A stretch of DNA of 64,000 bases, from contig NC_043015.1 of the NCBI RefSeq assembly GCF_006345805.1, forward strand, positions 27,838,001-27,902,000, written 5' to 3'. The position numbers were made by a program, and so were the translations under genes. The DNA comes from Octopus sinensis. Lineage: Eukaryota. The notes below the pieces were generated by a model, which searched no databases, was not told where the DNA came from, and was given only the letters and a program-made list of their open reading frames with translations. Positions 40,701 through 53,632 of the stretch are shown here, in pieces; position 1 is the stretch's first letter, and every line of letters starts with the position of its first letter.

Positions 40701-42164
40701 AGACAAATTGATTTAGGATTAAGAAACGAAGACAGAATTAATTTTGAGTGGTAGACTTGACCTGTTGCCTGGTTTGGCATCTTAACCATTTAGGCCCTTG
40801 AATGCTTTCGGCAGACACCGTTCTGTTGCAAGCATTCGGGACAGGTCTCCAGGGTGAGGATGACTGCCTCCTGCCAGTCTCAAAATCCCTGACAAAGGTC
40901 ATCAGTACAACATTTCCTTCTCTGTCTTAGTTTGGAAACAGTCAGTCATAGTAACAGTGATACACGGTGTCTACCGTTTACTACGTAACTAGCAGATTAC
41001 TATTAAGTAACGCTAATACCAAAGTAGGATGGAAACATAAAATACAGGCTTCGTACACAAGATTTTTATTTACATGAGAAAGACAGGAAGAAAAAGTAAC
41101 AGTTTGTTTTAAATATATGTTTACTATATTGTATACAGACATAGACACAGACACACACACACACACAGATATATATACATACACATACAAATGTTTGTGT
41201 GGGTGTGTGTGTGTATATATATATATATATACTCACTACCGTACAAAATCCTGGTACATCTAACTTAAGTACCATATTCATTTGAATCTAAATTTTGCTG
41301 AACTTATATATATATATATACATACACACACATACATACACAAATGTTTGTGTGTATATACATATATATATATGCACACACAAACGTTTGTGCATATATA
41401 CATATATATATATACATGCACACACAAATGTTTGTGCATATAAATATACATACATACATATATATATATATACATACACACACACACACATACACACACA
41501 AATGTTTGTGTGTATATATATATATATACACACACACACAAATCTCTGTATATATATATATATATATACACACATACACATGCAAATGTTAGCAGAAGAT
41601 TGTAGTTTTTAATCAAATTAAAAGGGAGAATTCAACAATGGAGGGAGAATCAGTCGCCATTATAACCATTCGCTGAAGAAGCCCAGAGGGAGCGTGAACA
41701 AATGGAAGCTTTTCACAGTAAATGAACACAAGCACAAGACAAGAAGACAGCAACAAATGTAGCAGAGGAATTATTAATTCACAAAAAAAAAAAAAAAAAA
41801 AAATTCACGAAACATTAACCCTGCCCCCTCCATCAAAAAACAAAATCAAAAAAAAAAAGCAAAGAACAAAAACAAAAAAAGAGGTGAGAATTAAAACAAT
41901 TCAACAATGAAATAATTACAAAAATATAAAAAGAACGAAGAGCGATTCTTGTTAATCTGGGGGGTTTGTTTTAATCGTAGGTGAGTGATTTAAAAACTGT
42001 CAGCCAAGTGTTACTGTTTTTTTGTAAGGTAGAGTGGAATGAGTGGTTAAGATGCAACAGCAAGCGACAACAATAACGAGCACACGGTTCGTTTAATTTC
42101 CGAATCCTGTTTTGGCTTTGATACATTATGTGTTTTGCTTATTTGGCCGGAATATATATACATA

Positions 42165-42282
42165 CATGAATGAATGTTCGTCCTTCGGGTTCGAAGATGA
42201 CCACTGACATCATCTGGTGGAACTGCCGCCATGAGACCGGAGATGGCTGGTGAGGCCAATCCGGGCAAGGAAGCCCCTTGCC
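42165..42282 (-). mobile_element. RTE LINE extreme 3' end
   Basis: Minus frame ARGFLARIGLTSHLRSH, the RTE zinc motif. Confidence 0.75.
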
Positions 42283-42301
42283 TATAAACCTATACATAAT
42301 A

Positions 42302-42720
42302 GCGCAGGAGTGGCTGTGTGGTAAGTAGCTTGTCTACCAACCACATGGTTCCGGGTTCAGTTCCCACTGCGTGGCACCTTCGGCAAGTGTCTTCTACTAT
42401 AGCCTCGGGCCGACCAAAGCCTTGTGAGTGGATTTGGTAGACAGAAACTGAAAGAAGCCCGTCATATATATGTATATATATATGCGTGTGTGTGTGTTTG
42501 TGTGTCTGTGTTTGTCCCCCTAGCATTGCTTGACAACCGATGCTGGTGTGTTTATGTCCCCGTTACTTAGCGGTTCGGCAAAAGAGGCTGATAGAATAAG
42601 TACTGGGCTTACAAAAGAATAAGTCCCGGGGTCGAGTTGCTCGATTAAAGGCGGTGCTCCAGCATGGCCGCAGTCAAATGACTGAAACAAGTAAAAGAGT
42701 AAAAGAGAGAGTAAAGAGTA
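42302..42720 (+). mobile_element. SINE family A, near consensus
   Basis: Head gcgcaggagtggctgtgtggtaagtagcttg through the (GTAAAAGA)n tail. Confidence 0.9.
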
Positions 42721-42974
42721 TACACAGACACTATATACATTTGTAAACACCAATTTAGGAACTAAAAGAAACGAAGAAGAAACAATTCCTTGACAAGAAT
42801 TGAACCATGCATCACTTGCTTACTCAGTAAATAAATGCGCAACTGGTTATACTGACAACATTCTGATACATGGTTCTAATCCCACCATTGGATTTATTTG
42901 CTTTCAATTACAGATAAATGTTTACAAGTGTATTAAGTTGATATTAAAATTTTAGCTGTTAACCGCATGTATCC

Positions 42975-43300
42975 TTTTATTCATTTACTTGTTTTAGTCA
43001 TTTGACTGTGGCCATGCTGGAGTATGACACCACCTTTAGTCGAACAAATCAACCCCAGGACTTATTCTTTGTAAGCCTTGTACTTATTCAACTGGTCTCT
43101 TTTGCTGAACCGCTAAGCTATATATATATACACACACACACACGAGTGGCTTCTTCCAGTTTCTGTCTACCAAATCCACTCACAAGGCTTTGGTCGGCCC
43201 ATGGCTATAGTAGAAGACACTTGGCCAAGGTGTCACACAGTGGGACTGAACCCAGAACCATGTGGTTGAGAAGCAAGCTTCTTACCACACAGCCACTCCT
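42975..43300 (-). mobile_element. SINE family A, internally deleted
   Basis: Inverted relative to 42302-42720. Confidence 0.8.
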
Positions 43301-43666
43301 ATATATATATGCCTGCATGGTATGTGTGTGTGTATATATATATATGTAATTTTTATGCATAGTTATATATGAAAGCAGTCACGCACCAACTGAATGACCA
43401 CTCGATGCATTTAACTAGTAGAGCATCACGTTTAATTTTAGAAGGAAAATTTGATAGTGACTTCAAATTTCCACTAGTCATTGGCTTCCTCATGACAGTC
43501 TGACGAAGCCAACAAGTAGAGAAAATTTGAAGTCACTATCAACCTTTCCCTTGTAAAAATAAATATATAGTTTGCTTTCTATTATAACATGTAGCTATTT
43601 ATAACCAAGTTGTCAAGCTCATTAAATCGAAAGATGCTGGTGACAGTATATGAATCAATGAGCCTT

Positions 43667-43753
<87 letters not shown>

Positions 43754-43754
43754 G

Positions 43755-43787
<33 letters not shown>

Positions 43788-43856
43788 TATATATATATGT
43801 ACATATATATATATGTATATATATATAGTATATATATATATATGTACATATATATA

Positions 43857-43887
<31 letters not shown>

Positions 43888-43904
43888 TATGTATATTATA
43901 TATG

Positions 43905-43954
<50 letters not shown>

Positions 43955-44008
43955 TATATATATATATGTATATATATATATGTATGTATGTATGTATATA
44001 TATGTATG

Positions 44009-44039
<31 letters not shown>

Positions 44040-45263
44040 GTATATATACATACACATACACACACACAGGTGTATGATTAAAAGTGTGTGTGTGTACCTG
44101 TACTCTATTAACATCAATACATACAGGTAAAAACACATGTAAATCAGCTTAGAAATTACTGGAAGACGTAGATCTGCACATTGCGAAAACTTGCTTTATA
44201 AAGAGAAATAAAAATATAATAAGAACTACGCTAAATGTCTCTTCAACGAGAGAAATCAGCTTATCTAAACTCATTTTTAGCAAGAATGGCATTCTGTTGC
44301 AACACTGCACAACTCAGACACCCTCTGTAAATAGAGATAGTAATTGTGAAATGTTCTTTAAATTCTGACTAATTGCTTGACCTTCTGCAAGCCAGACATA
44401 TTGATGTAATATAGCTTCATATTTGACTTGGGTAGTTTTTTTGAAACAATGAAACATCCAAATGGAGACAACACAGATTACGTATATGCTATGAGTAATA
44501 CGAAGAGGCAGGAGCATAGTGATGTTGGAGAGTAGGTAATGAGATTTTGTAAGGCAAAAAAAATTTAAATTTAAAAAAATAAAAAAAAACATCTTCGATA
44601 AAAATAATTTTTTTTTTTTACTTTTTAGTTTAAAATACTTTTTAATGCTTTTTATAAATATTTGTTAACACATTTGATACTAATCTGCATCAGACTGGTT
44701 TTTTTAAAATTTTAATTTTAAATTGAAAAATCATCCATTTTAAACAGTTCATATTAAAAACCCTCTCCTCGTAATTTCATGTAAGAATTCTTTGCAAGTT
44801 ATGTTCCAAATACTAGTTTAATAACAACAAATTTAGATTATTTTAATAAATTTTTCCAACTTTGCAAGATAATCTGAAATAACTTAGGAAGGGTATTTCA
44901 TTAGAAATATGGCCACCAAAAGGTTAATCATGTTTTGTGTAGAATAATGGATTGAATGGCTTCTCTAGAGATTCTCAATGATGGAGGAGAATTCCAGTTG
45001 GTTGGTCAACGGAGTTACCTACATATTCAATTCTATGGCTGAGTATTCCACAGACACTGTCCCTCTAATGTAATCCTTTGCCAGAACCAACATAATACAA
45101 AGTGAGATAAGGCTGACCCTTTAATTAACAGGCACAGGCCATCAAACAACTTTCTATACAGGTTCCCTCTGTCTAATTTCATAAGGCCTAGCTTGACCAA
45201 TGGTCATGGTGACACACACACACACACACACATACATACGAATGGTATATTATACATGTATAA

Positions 45264-45493
45264 GGCGGTGAGCTGGCAGAAACGTTAGCACGTCGGGTGA
45301 AATGATTAGCAGTATTTTGTTTGCCGTTACGTTCTGAGTTCAAATTCCACCGAGGTCGACTTTGCTTTTCATCCTTTCGGGGTCGATAAATTAAGTACCA
45401 GTTACAGACTGGGTCGATGTAATCGACTTAACCCGTTTGTCTGTCCTTGTTTGTCCTCTCTGTGTTTAGCCCCTTGTGGGTAGTAAAGAAATA
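45264..45493 (+). mobile_element. SINE family B full monomer with 20-bp TSD
   Basis: TSD ggtatattatacat(g/t)tataa at 45244-45263 and 45494-45513 (19/20). Confidence 0.9.
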
Positions 45494-45688
45494 GGTATAT
45501 TATACATTTATAAAATTTTACTCTAGAATGCTGAACTTATACCAATTTGGATGGGACGAGTAACAAGCACTTCAGCAGAGCCAGTTACCATTTGTCCCAA
45601 GTATTTATCAAGATTAGCTGAAGTTAAGTTTAAAGAATTGCATCATACTTTGCTATCATTATTACTACTTTTTCAAGAACGTCATTAA

Positions 45689-45899
45689 CCCTTTCATTAC
45701 TGTATTTATTTTGGTGTTTCTTTCAGTTACTTTAAATATAACAAGGAATTTGGTAAAATAATTTAGTTATCATTCAGCTAGTGTTATGAACATAAATTGT
45801 GACTAAGGTTCGGTGGAAGATTTTAATTCAAAACTTATGAAAACAAGATATTTGTACTCAGAGCCAGAGCCGGTTTCAGCTGGGTTGGTAATGAAAGGG
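45689..45899 (-). mobile_element. piggyBac-type MITE, same family
   Basis: TTAA at both ends; 211 bp. Confidence 0.88.
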
Positions 45900-47809
45900 T
45901 TAATCCCCATTCTAAGGAATGAATTTCCAACACCTGGATGCTTTTCTGGCTGCCAATTCTTTTCTGTTTCCAAGGAAAGCAATATTTCTCTGAACACAAG
46001 AGCTTCTTTCAGTATACTTGGAACTTAGCTCTATATCCCACAAAATATATAGCAGAATAGATGCCAGCATTAAAAATAATCACATTTAGTGAATGCCATA
46101 GCCTACTAGGTCAAATTGAACGGTTTAAAATTGTGTTCATCAGTGTATCTAGGGCACACCAGCTTAGCATAGTTCACCTCTGTGCTAACTATACCCACAG
46201 GAGGAGCTGAAACAAGGACTGCAAAATAACGAAACCCTGCAATTTTAGATCACTGCTTATGCATCACTCTGTAATGCCTACTAATAAAATAGGAGAACCG
46301 AAATTGACAAGTAAAGTTTCTTAGTCATAGATGCAATACCAAATTACTGACTATTCAGTCTGATATGCTAACAACCTGGTCATCTGTGGTTTTCCAATTA
46401 GATTATACCATACCACCACTATAGAGATCTAATTTTGCACACCAAAGCCAGGTAACAACTTTGACCAATTACGAAGGACTTGTACACTATCTCCTATTTC
46501 ATTTGTCTTTATACTTCCTCTTAACTATCAATGTCATCATCATCATTGTTTAACATCCACTTTCCATGCTGGCATGGGTTGGACAATTTGACAGGGGCTG
46601 GCCAGGCATGACCCAGCACCTGACTTCTGTCTGTTTTGGCATGGTTTTTAACAGTTGGATGCTCTTCCTAATACTGACCACCCAGCAGAGTGGACAATGT
46701 GTATCTTAACTACAGCAATGAACCAATCAGTGTTCTGAGACTTACTCCAGGTAAGTCCTAACTGAGCAGACCTATGACCATAGACACTCCAGCCATGACA
46801 ATCTAGCCTTGTAAATCTGCTACTAAATGTGTTATTCTTATATTAAGTTTGTGTGTTTTGAAGAAAATTTGGCAGTTCCGCCTCCCCCATCCAACAGGTT
46901 GAGTAACAATATAGCGGTTCCTCTTATGAGGTGATGGTCTACATAATCAGTAAGGTAGGTGGATGAGGAACTGGTAATGGAGTCGCAGACTTACACTCAA
47001 GCATCTACAGTAATGGTAATATAATTCTTATAAATATATACATCATACAATATTGCAATAAGCAATGTCTCATTAACAGAACTTCATTACTTGAATAACA
47101 GGCCTAAACCATTTCTGGCTCTTAAGAGTCACCAGGATGATAAATCACCAGTGATTCCTTGTGGAATATCAAAACCATTTTGTATGGTACTTAAATGTTA
47201 CTGCTTGCTCATTTAATGCATTTCTACAACTATCTATCAAAGAAATGCAATTAATATATCAATTAATCACCACTGGTTACATAATATTGCAAAAGCAGAT
47301 CAACAGATTTTGTTATCTTGATAACATGACTTTGAGCCAGGGATGTTTATATCAAAAGTTTTGCAACAAGTGTAAGAAAACGATAGACAGAAGTTGAAGG
47401 AGTTGGTACACTCTAGTGTCACGAAAAGGGAAGGACATACAGAATACTGTAACCCCGAATGTTTACCACGAGGTCCAGTTCTTGGTGAAGTATGATGGCT
47501 TGTGTGCCTCAATGACCTCAAGAAGCTATGCCAATGAAGTGAAAACTCTTTATAGAGCCACTCATGCTGGATGGGGTCAAAAGATAGAGGCCAGCCTAAT
47601 ATGGACCACTTTTTCCCAGAAGTAAAAATGGGTTTTGCATAGGACAAACACCCTTAACTAGAAAAAAAAGAAAAAGTTACTGGAGCATTGATGACAGACA
47701 ATTCAAAACCAACAAGGCCTGCAAGAGAAAGGCCTTTTGTCACGGAAATATATGATGCAGTGCAGTAAGAACCAAAAGGATGGATAGGCTACACCTTAAG
47801 GAAATCAAT

Positions 47810-48015
47810 ATGCTGCATTACACATCAGGCTCTGGCCTGGGATCCACAAAGGAGACAGAAGACAGGATACCCGTAAGATAGTTGGGGGTGGGATACTGAG
47901 GCAGGGTTGGAAAAGCAGAGACCCAACTGGAGAGAAGCAGAAAAGACAGTCCAGAGTTGACTGAGAACAGTGGAGAAAAGTTGTTGATGGCCTGTGCTCC
48001 ATAGGGTTAAGTAAG
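47810..48015 (+). mobile_element. Decayed RTE LINE 3' end
   Basis: [11 protein letters not shown]...W...VDGLCSIG similarity, with stops and a frameshift. Confidence 0.6.
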
Positions 48016-48149
48016 AGGTTAAGTAAGTAAATATCAGCTATATAATGGCCAAGAGAAAGTCAGGGTGGTCATGACTGGAATGTCTTTGACCACAGGTTTT
48101 CTCGGTTAGGACTGGCCCAGAGACAAAATAGCAACAATAATCCTTCCTA

Positions 48150-48356
48150 TTATAGGTACAAGGCTAGACATTTGCGGGGAGGGGGTAAGTCGATCACACT
48201 GACCATAGTACTTAACTGGTACTTAATTTATTGGCCCTGAAAGGATGAAAGGTGAAGTCGACCCCAGCAGCATTTGAACTCAGAACGTAAAGTCGAACAA
48301 AATGCCGCTAACCATTTTGCTAGGAGTGCTAACAATTTTGCCAGCTCGTTGCCTTA
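48150..48356 (-). mobile_element. SINE family B, diverged subfamily
   Basis: ggtacttaatttattggccctgaaaggatgaaagg block. Similar diverged copies at about 7690-7890, 9075-9255, 54095-54300 and 55790-55930. Confidence 0.7.
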
Positions 48357-49580
48357 ACAACAACAATCATCATCATCATCATCATCATCATTTAACGTCT
48401 GTTCTCCATGCTAGCATGGGTTGGACGGTTCGACCGGGGATCTGGGAAGCCAGAAGGCTGCACCAGGCTCCAGTCTGATCTGGCAGTGTTTCTACAGCTG
48501 GATGCCCTTCCTAACACCAACCACTCCGTGAGTGTAGTGGATGCTTTTTACGTGCCACCTGCACAGGTACCAGGCAAGGCTGGCAATGGCCACGATCGGA
48601 TTGGTGCATTTTATGTGACACCGGCATGGAAGCCAGTCAAGGCGGCGCTGGCATTGGCCACGATTCGGATAGTGCTTTTTATGTGCCACCGGCACGGAAG
48701 CCAGTCTAGGCGGCGCTGGCAAATATTGAAAAATTATTTTAAAATAACAATCCAAGCATAGACTTTATCGGTACTGGACTACACTATTGAGTCAATGAGT
48801 TATCCAGATTAGTCTCTAGTTGAGATTTGGCATCATGAACTTGGAGTTTTCCTTTGTATTGATCAACATGTAGAGAAAAGAAAATCTTGCGCTGAGATGT
48901 CTTAGCTTGATTGTGGAAAGGAGTGCGTCTAAGTCTGTGACATTTAATTTTTTCAGAATTTATTGGTTCTTAATGAACAGTTCAAACCACTTTGATGTAT
49001 TGATAGCAATATAATTATTAAAAACTAGTGAACAGATCACACAATGGATAAGATAGACTATCTGCAAGGCTTTGATGAGAGAGAGAGGGAGAGAGAGAAG
49101 GAAGGTGGGTGTATTATTTAGTGAAACTTCTATCAAAACTGAATTGATTTCACAAGGTGTTAATGTAGAATAGATGAATTTAAGAACAATGCGTTATTAA
49201 ATATCTTTCCATCTTGAACGCAGCATACATTTGTTGCCTTATTTGTCAACTTATGCTAATGAAAGTGATTAAAATCTCGTGTCCAACTGAACGAATGATG
49301 ATATCTTAAATTATTCTGTTCTTATTATTCGTTAACAAAAGGCTAACACCTTCTTTAAAAAAAAAAAAAAAAAAAAAAGCCACGAAAATATAAAAGTTAC
49401 TTAGAAACAGCAGAGATCAAAAAGAACTGATGAAAGAATTAAATTAAGTTGGATAAATTTTAAGCAAAAAAAAATTAATTAATTAAAAAAAAAAGCCCTG
49501 AATTTCTGTTGAAGGTTTACACACTAAGAACAGTGGTTACAATGGTTTACCATTGTAACTATTATGGATGGTAATGCATA

Positions 49581-49626
<46 letters not shown>

Positions 49627-50041
49627 TAACTATTGTGGATTCTTCCTTATTATGATACATAAAAGGTAAAAATGAATAACTCAACGGAAAAGTGAATAAA
49701 AATGGAAACAAACGTAAAAAAAAAATACAATAAGAACGGAAAGCATGCAATGGAAATGAAATATGTTAGGAGAATGGAATTGTAAAATCACAACAGCTCC
49801 AAGAAAACATTGAGGGTGGTTGAGGGAAGAATGGGCGAGGGAAGAGAACTATCAGCCACTGATGCAAGGTGAAGATAAAAAAAAAGAGTTACAGAAAGCA
49901 GTTATATTTTAGCAAGGATACACAGAGGCAAAAGAAGAGGCGAGAGGGAGGGAAAGGGAAGCGAGGATATGTGGTCCATGTGAAACGAAAATGAACAATA
50001 ATAAATTTGAAGCTTTGCTAGAATATTTGAAGCAAGGATAC

Positions 50042-50105
50042 TTTCTCCTGGTTTCTTGGTTTCCTGCTCCATTCCAGGTAATGCAGCAGCCACTCGACGG
50101 AACAG
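50042..50105 (-). CDS. Rab6: Rab6 coding exon (LFRRVAAALPGMEQETKKPGE)
   Basis: LFRRVAAALPGME is the Rab6-specific helix 5 end. Acceptor tttcttgtttttcag, donor gtatcc. 64 nt, ends in phase 1. Confidence 0.97.
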
Positions 50106-50489
50106 CTGAAAAACAAGAAAGATGGGAGATGGATCTTAAGTTTACTTACAACCAAAGTCAAATATTGATTTTGTTTTGGCTAGATAGAAGGCTGAATTTT
50201 GGAAAGGAGTATAGTTGACTGGAATCAGGTGATATTTATTGATTTTGGAAATATTAAGAAAGAAAGAAAGAAAAAAGAGCCAGTCTGGATTTAAACTCAC
50301 TTCAATGGAATATTGATCTAAATCTTCTTAAGTATCCAGTCTTCCATCCCACAATCCTGACCGGAGGTGTTTTACTATTCTGACTAAACTTTACTAAATC
50401 AGATATTAAACATTAGAGAACAGTAGATATTTCCCTTTCTCTTTGTTCATTTTCTCCAAGTTTAAGAAAAAAAAAACTTTATATAAGAT

Positions 50490-50675
50490 AACATCCATGG
50501 AATAAGCTGCCAGACGAGATAGTGAAGATGCCGACGACCGCTCAGTTCAAAGTCTCTCTTGACCAGAAATGTCCTGAACTCTTTGCATGAACACCATCCC
50601 TGTACGTAACTCCATGTCCCCCTACATGGCCTTGCTTTTTGCCTTTTTGAGCCGAAAAATTAACTTAACTTAAAC
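50490..50675 (+). mobile_element. CR1/L2-group LINE 3' end
   Basis: WNKLPDEIVKMPTTAQFKVSLDQK* motif followed by a UTR ending (AACTT)n. Confidence 0.75.
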
Positions 50676-50924
50676 ATGAATATTTCTACTTATTCACAGA
50701 CTGAAATTTGGGGGTGAGAATCCTTTATAGGGGGTTCAATCTATTTCAAAATTAGAACTCAAAATGAAATACTGAAGCAATGATGATAGAGGCTCAAACT
50801 GACATGGAATAAACAATGTTGCTTATGCTGGTGTTATGATAAATACATTAGGCAGCCAATGATAGGAAGGGCAGCAGCTACATAACCATCATCGAGTCTA
50901 TACCCTCATTCAAGTTGAATGGGC

Positions 50925-51127
50925 CTTCTTCAGCACAGTATCTTCTCCTCTGGAAGCCATCTGCTCGAGATACCAGAGGGCACACACTCTCCTACCCTGA
51001 TGTAATCTCCAGGGGTACAGGCATCCTAGCAACAGGACCTCCGTAATGCTATGATGGACCGTGAAGTCTGGTGTAACATAGTAAATTCCATTGTCTCGAC
51101 CACGGTCGAACAATAATGATGATGATC
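50925..51127 (+). mobile_element. Second copy of the same RTE-X 3' end, opposite orientation
   Basis: Reverse complement of about 37965-38150. Confidence 0.85.
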
Positions 51128-51999
51128 TTGCCGTCTGTTGCAGTTAAAATAATCTCTTTCATGAGGTTTTCCCTATTTCCTCCTGTCTTCCTCTTCAGCA
51201 AATTCCTTTCAGACCGGATCTTCTCTGATTTCTTTACAACCAACTGCTATCCACCATGTACATCACATGTCAGTACCAGTTCAGTTTTCTTTAGCACACT
51301 ATGTCCTATCTGTCTTACATCCAGTTTTTTCCAACTCATGATGGTGGAGGCACCATCATGCGCCCTAATCTTATACATCTACTGGAACACACTTGTTCAT
51401 TTCTTTCACAGCCTTCTACAGATCGTTTGTGATCAATGACTGGAATTCACTGCCATGCAGTATTACATTTCCCACCTGAGTGTATTCCAATCTACCATCA
51501 ACCCAGAGAAAGAATCTCTTTGTTACTAGCAGAAGCAATAGCTCTCTGAACTTTTTCCAACTCATTTTTACACTGATTGTGGAACACCCTCCTTCACTGT
51601 GTATTGGATCACTTAGGTAACAGAAGCTATTAAGCTACTTGTAGCAAGCTTTCCATGGGTTGGACGATTTTGACTGAGGGCTGGCGAACCAGATGGCTGC
51701 ACCAGGCTCCAATCTTGATCTGGCAGAGTTTCTACAGCTGGATGCCCTTCCTAACGCCAACCACTCCGAGAGTGTAGTGGGTGCTTTTTACGTGCCACCG
51801 GCACGGGGGCCAGTGAAGTGACGTTGGTAACGATCACGCTCGAAGTTATATACAATTAAATTTTCCAGTTTGATTTAATGCATTAAAATAAAACATTACT
51901 AACAGTTGAAAAGCAACGACAACAACTGAATATTAAGAATTAGTTAAAGTGCAATCAGAAATAAATTTTCTCCAGCAAGAACATTCAACAACAATGTTA

Positions 52000-52278
<279 letters not shown>

Positions 52279-53034
52279 TCAATCACAAAGATGTTATTTT
52301 AATTTGTTGTTATTCTGTACACCACACACACACACACTCACAAACCTATATGGAAGATGTACAAACATGTCAAATTTACTTATTTCTCTGTAGATTAAAA
52401 AAATTATGAATAGCCTTAATTCCTTAATTGATGTTCAATCCTTACTGGGGTTTCATCAGGTGTCTTCATCACTTAACCAATCTCAGAGAAACAAATTGCC
52501 AATCCAGTAACCAGGAACTACCAATTTGCATATTGTATGTATGTATTGTTTAACATCCGCCTTCCATGCTGGCATGGGTTGGATGGTTTAACAGGGGCTG
52601 ACCAGGTACAAGACTACCTCAGGCTATTGTACCTGTTTTAGCATGGTTTTTATAGCTGGATGCCCTTTCTAACACCAACCACCCCAAAGGGTGGACTGAG
52701 TGCTTTTTACATGGCAACAGCACAGGAAAGGTCAGTTTTGGCATGGTTTTTACAGCTAGATGCCCTTCCAAATGCCAACCACTTCAAAGTCTGAACTGGA
52801 TGCTTTTTTACATGGCACCAGCACCAGCAGGATCAAGTAACTTGCAAGGCTTGTACTAGATCTTAAGTTGACATTAAAAAAAGAAAAAAAAAAAAGAAAA
52901 AGGAAAGCCTCATACTACAGCTGTAAAAGTAATGATTACATATGAGTTAACACATTAACAAGTTGGGTTCTATTCTATATGAACCCATTCTCATTCCATT
53001 ACAGAAGGCAGAAAATATTTGAGCTACTGTGTAT

Positions 53035-53444
53035 CTCTCTTTTACTCTTTTACTCGTTTCAGTCATTTGACTGCGGCCATGCTGGAGCACTGCCTTTAGT
53101 CGAGCAAATCGACCCCGGGACTTATTCTTTGTAAGCCCAGTACTTATTCTATCGGTCTCTTTTGCCGAACCGCTACGTGACGGGGACGTAAACACACCAG
53201 CATTGGTTGTCAAGCAATGCTAGAGGGACAAACACAGACACACAAACACACACATACATATACATATATATATACATATATACGACAGGCTTCTTTCAGT
53301 TTCCGTCTACCAAATCCACTCACAAGGCTTTGGTCGGCCCGAGGCTATAGTAGAAGACACTTGCCCAAGGTGCCACACAGTGGGACTGAACCCGGAACCA
53401 TGTGGTTGGTAAGCAAGCTACTTACCACACAGCCACTCCTGTGC
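53035..53444 (-). mobile_element. SINE family A, near consensus
   Basis: Full reverse-complement copy. Confidence 0.9.
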
Positions 53445-53632
53445 TATATCTGATTATGTTCTTTTGTAAAATGTAGCTTTTTTTTTTTTTGCAATTTCTG
53501 TTAATTTTTACAACCAAGATGAATACTGATTATTACTAAGAAGCTAAATAAGGATTTGAACTCCAGAACAGTAAGAAAGTAAACGATGTAAATTAATTAT
53601 TACTTTCTGCATGAACTTGGCAGTTACTGGAA

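Noticed and set aside
40800-40905. CUGAUGA and GAAAGCAUUC on the minus strand
   Set aside because: The pairing order does not fit hammerhead types I-III and no helix II closes the core.
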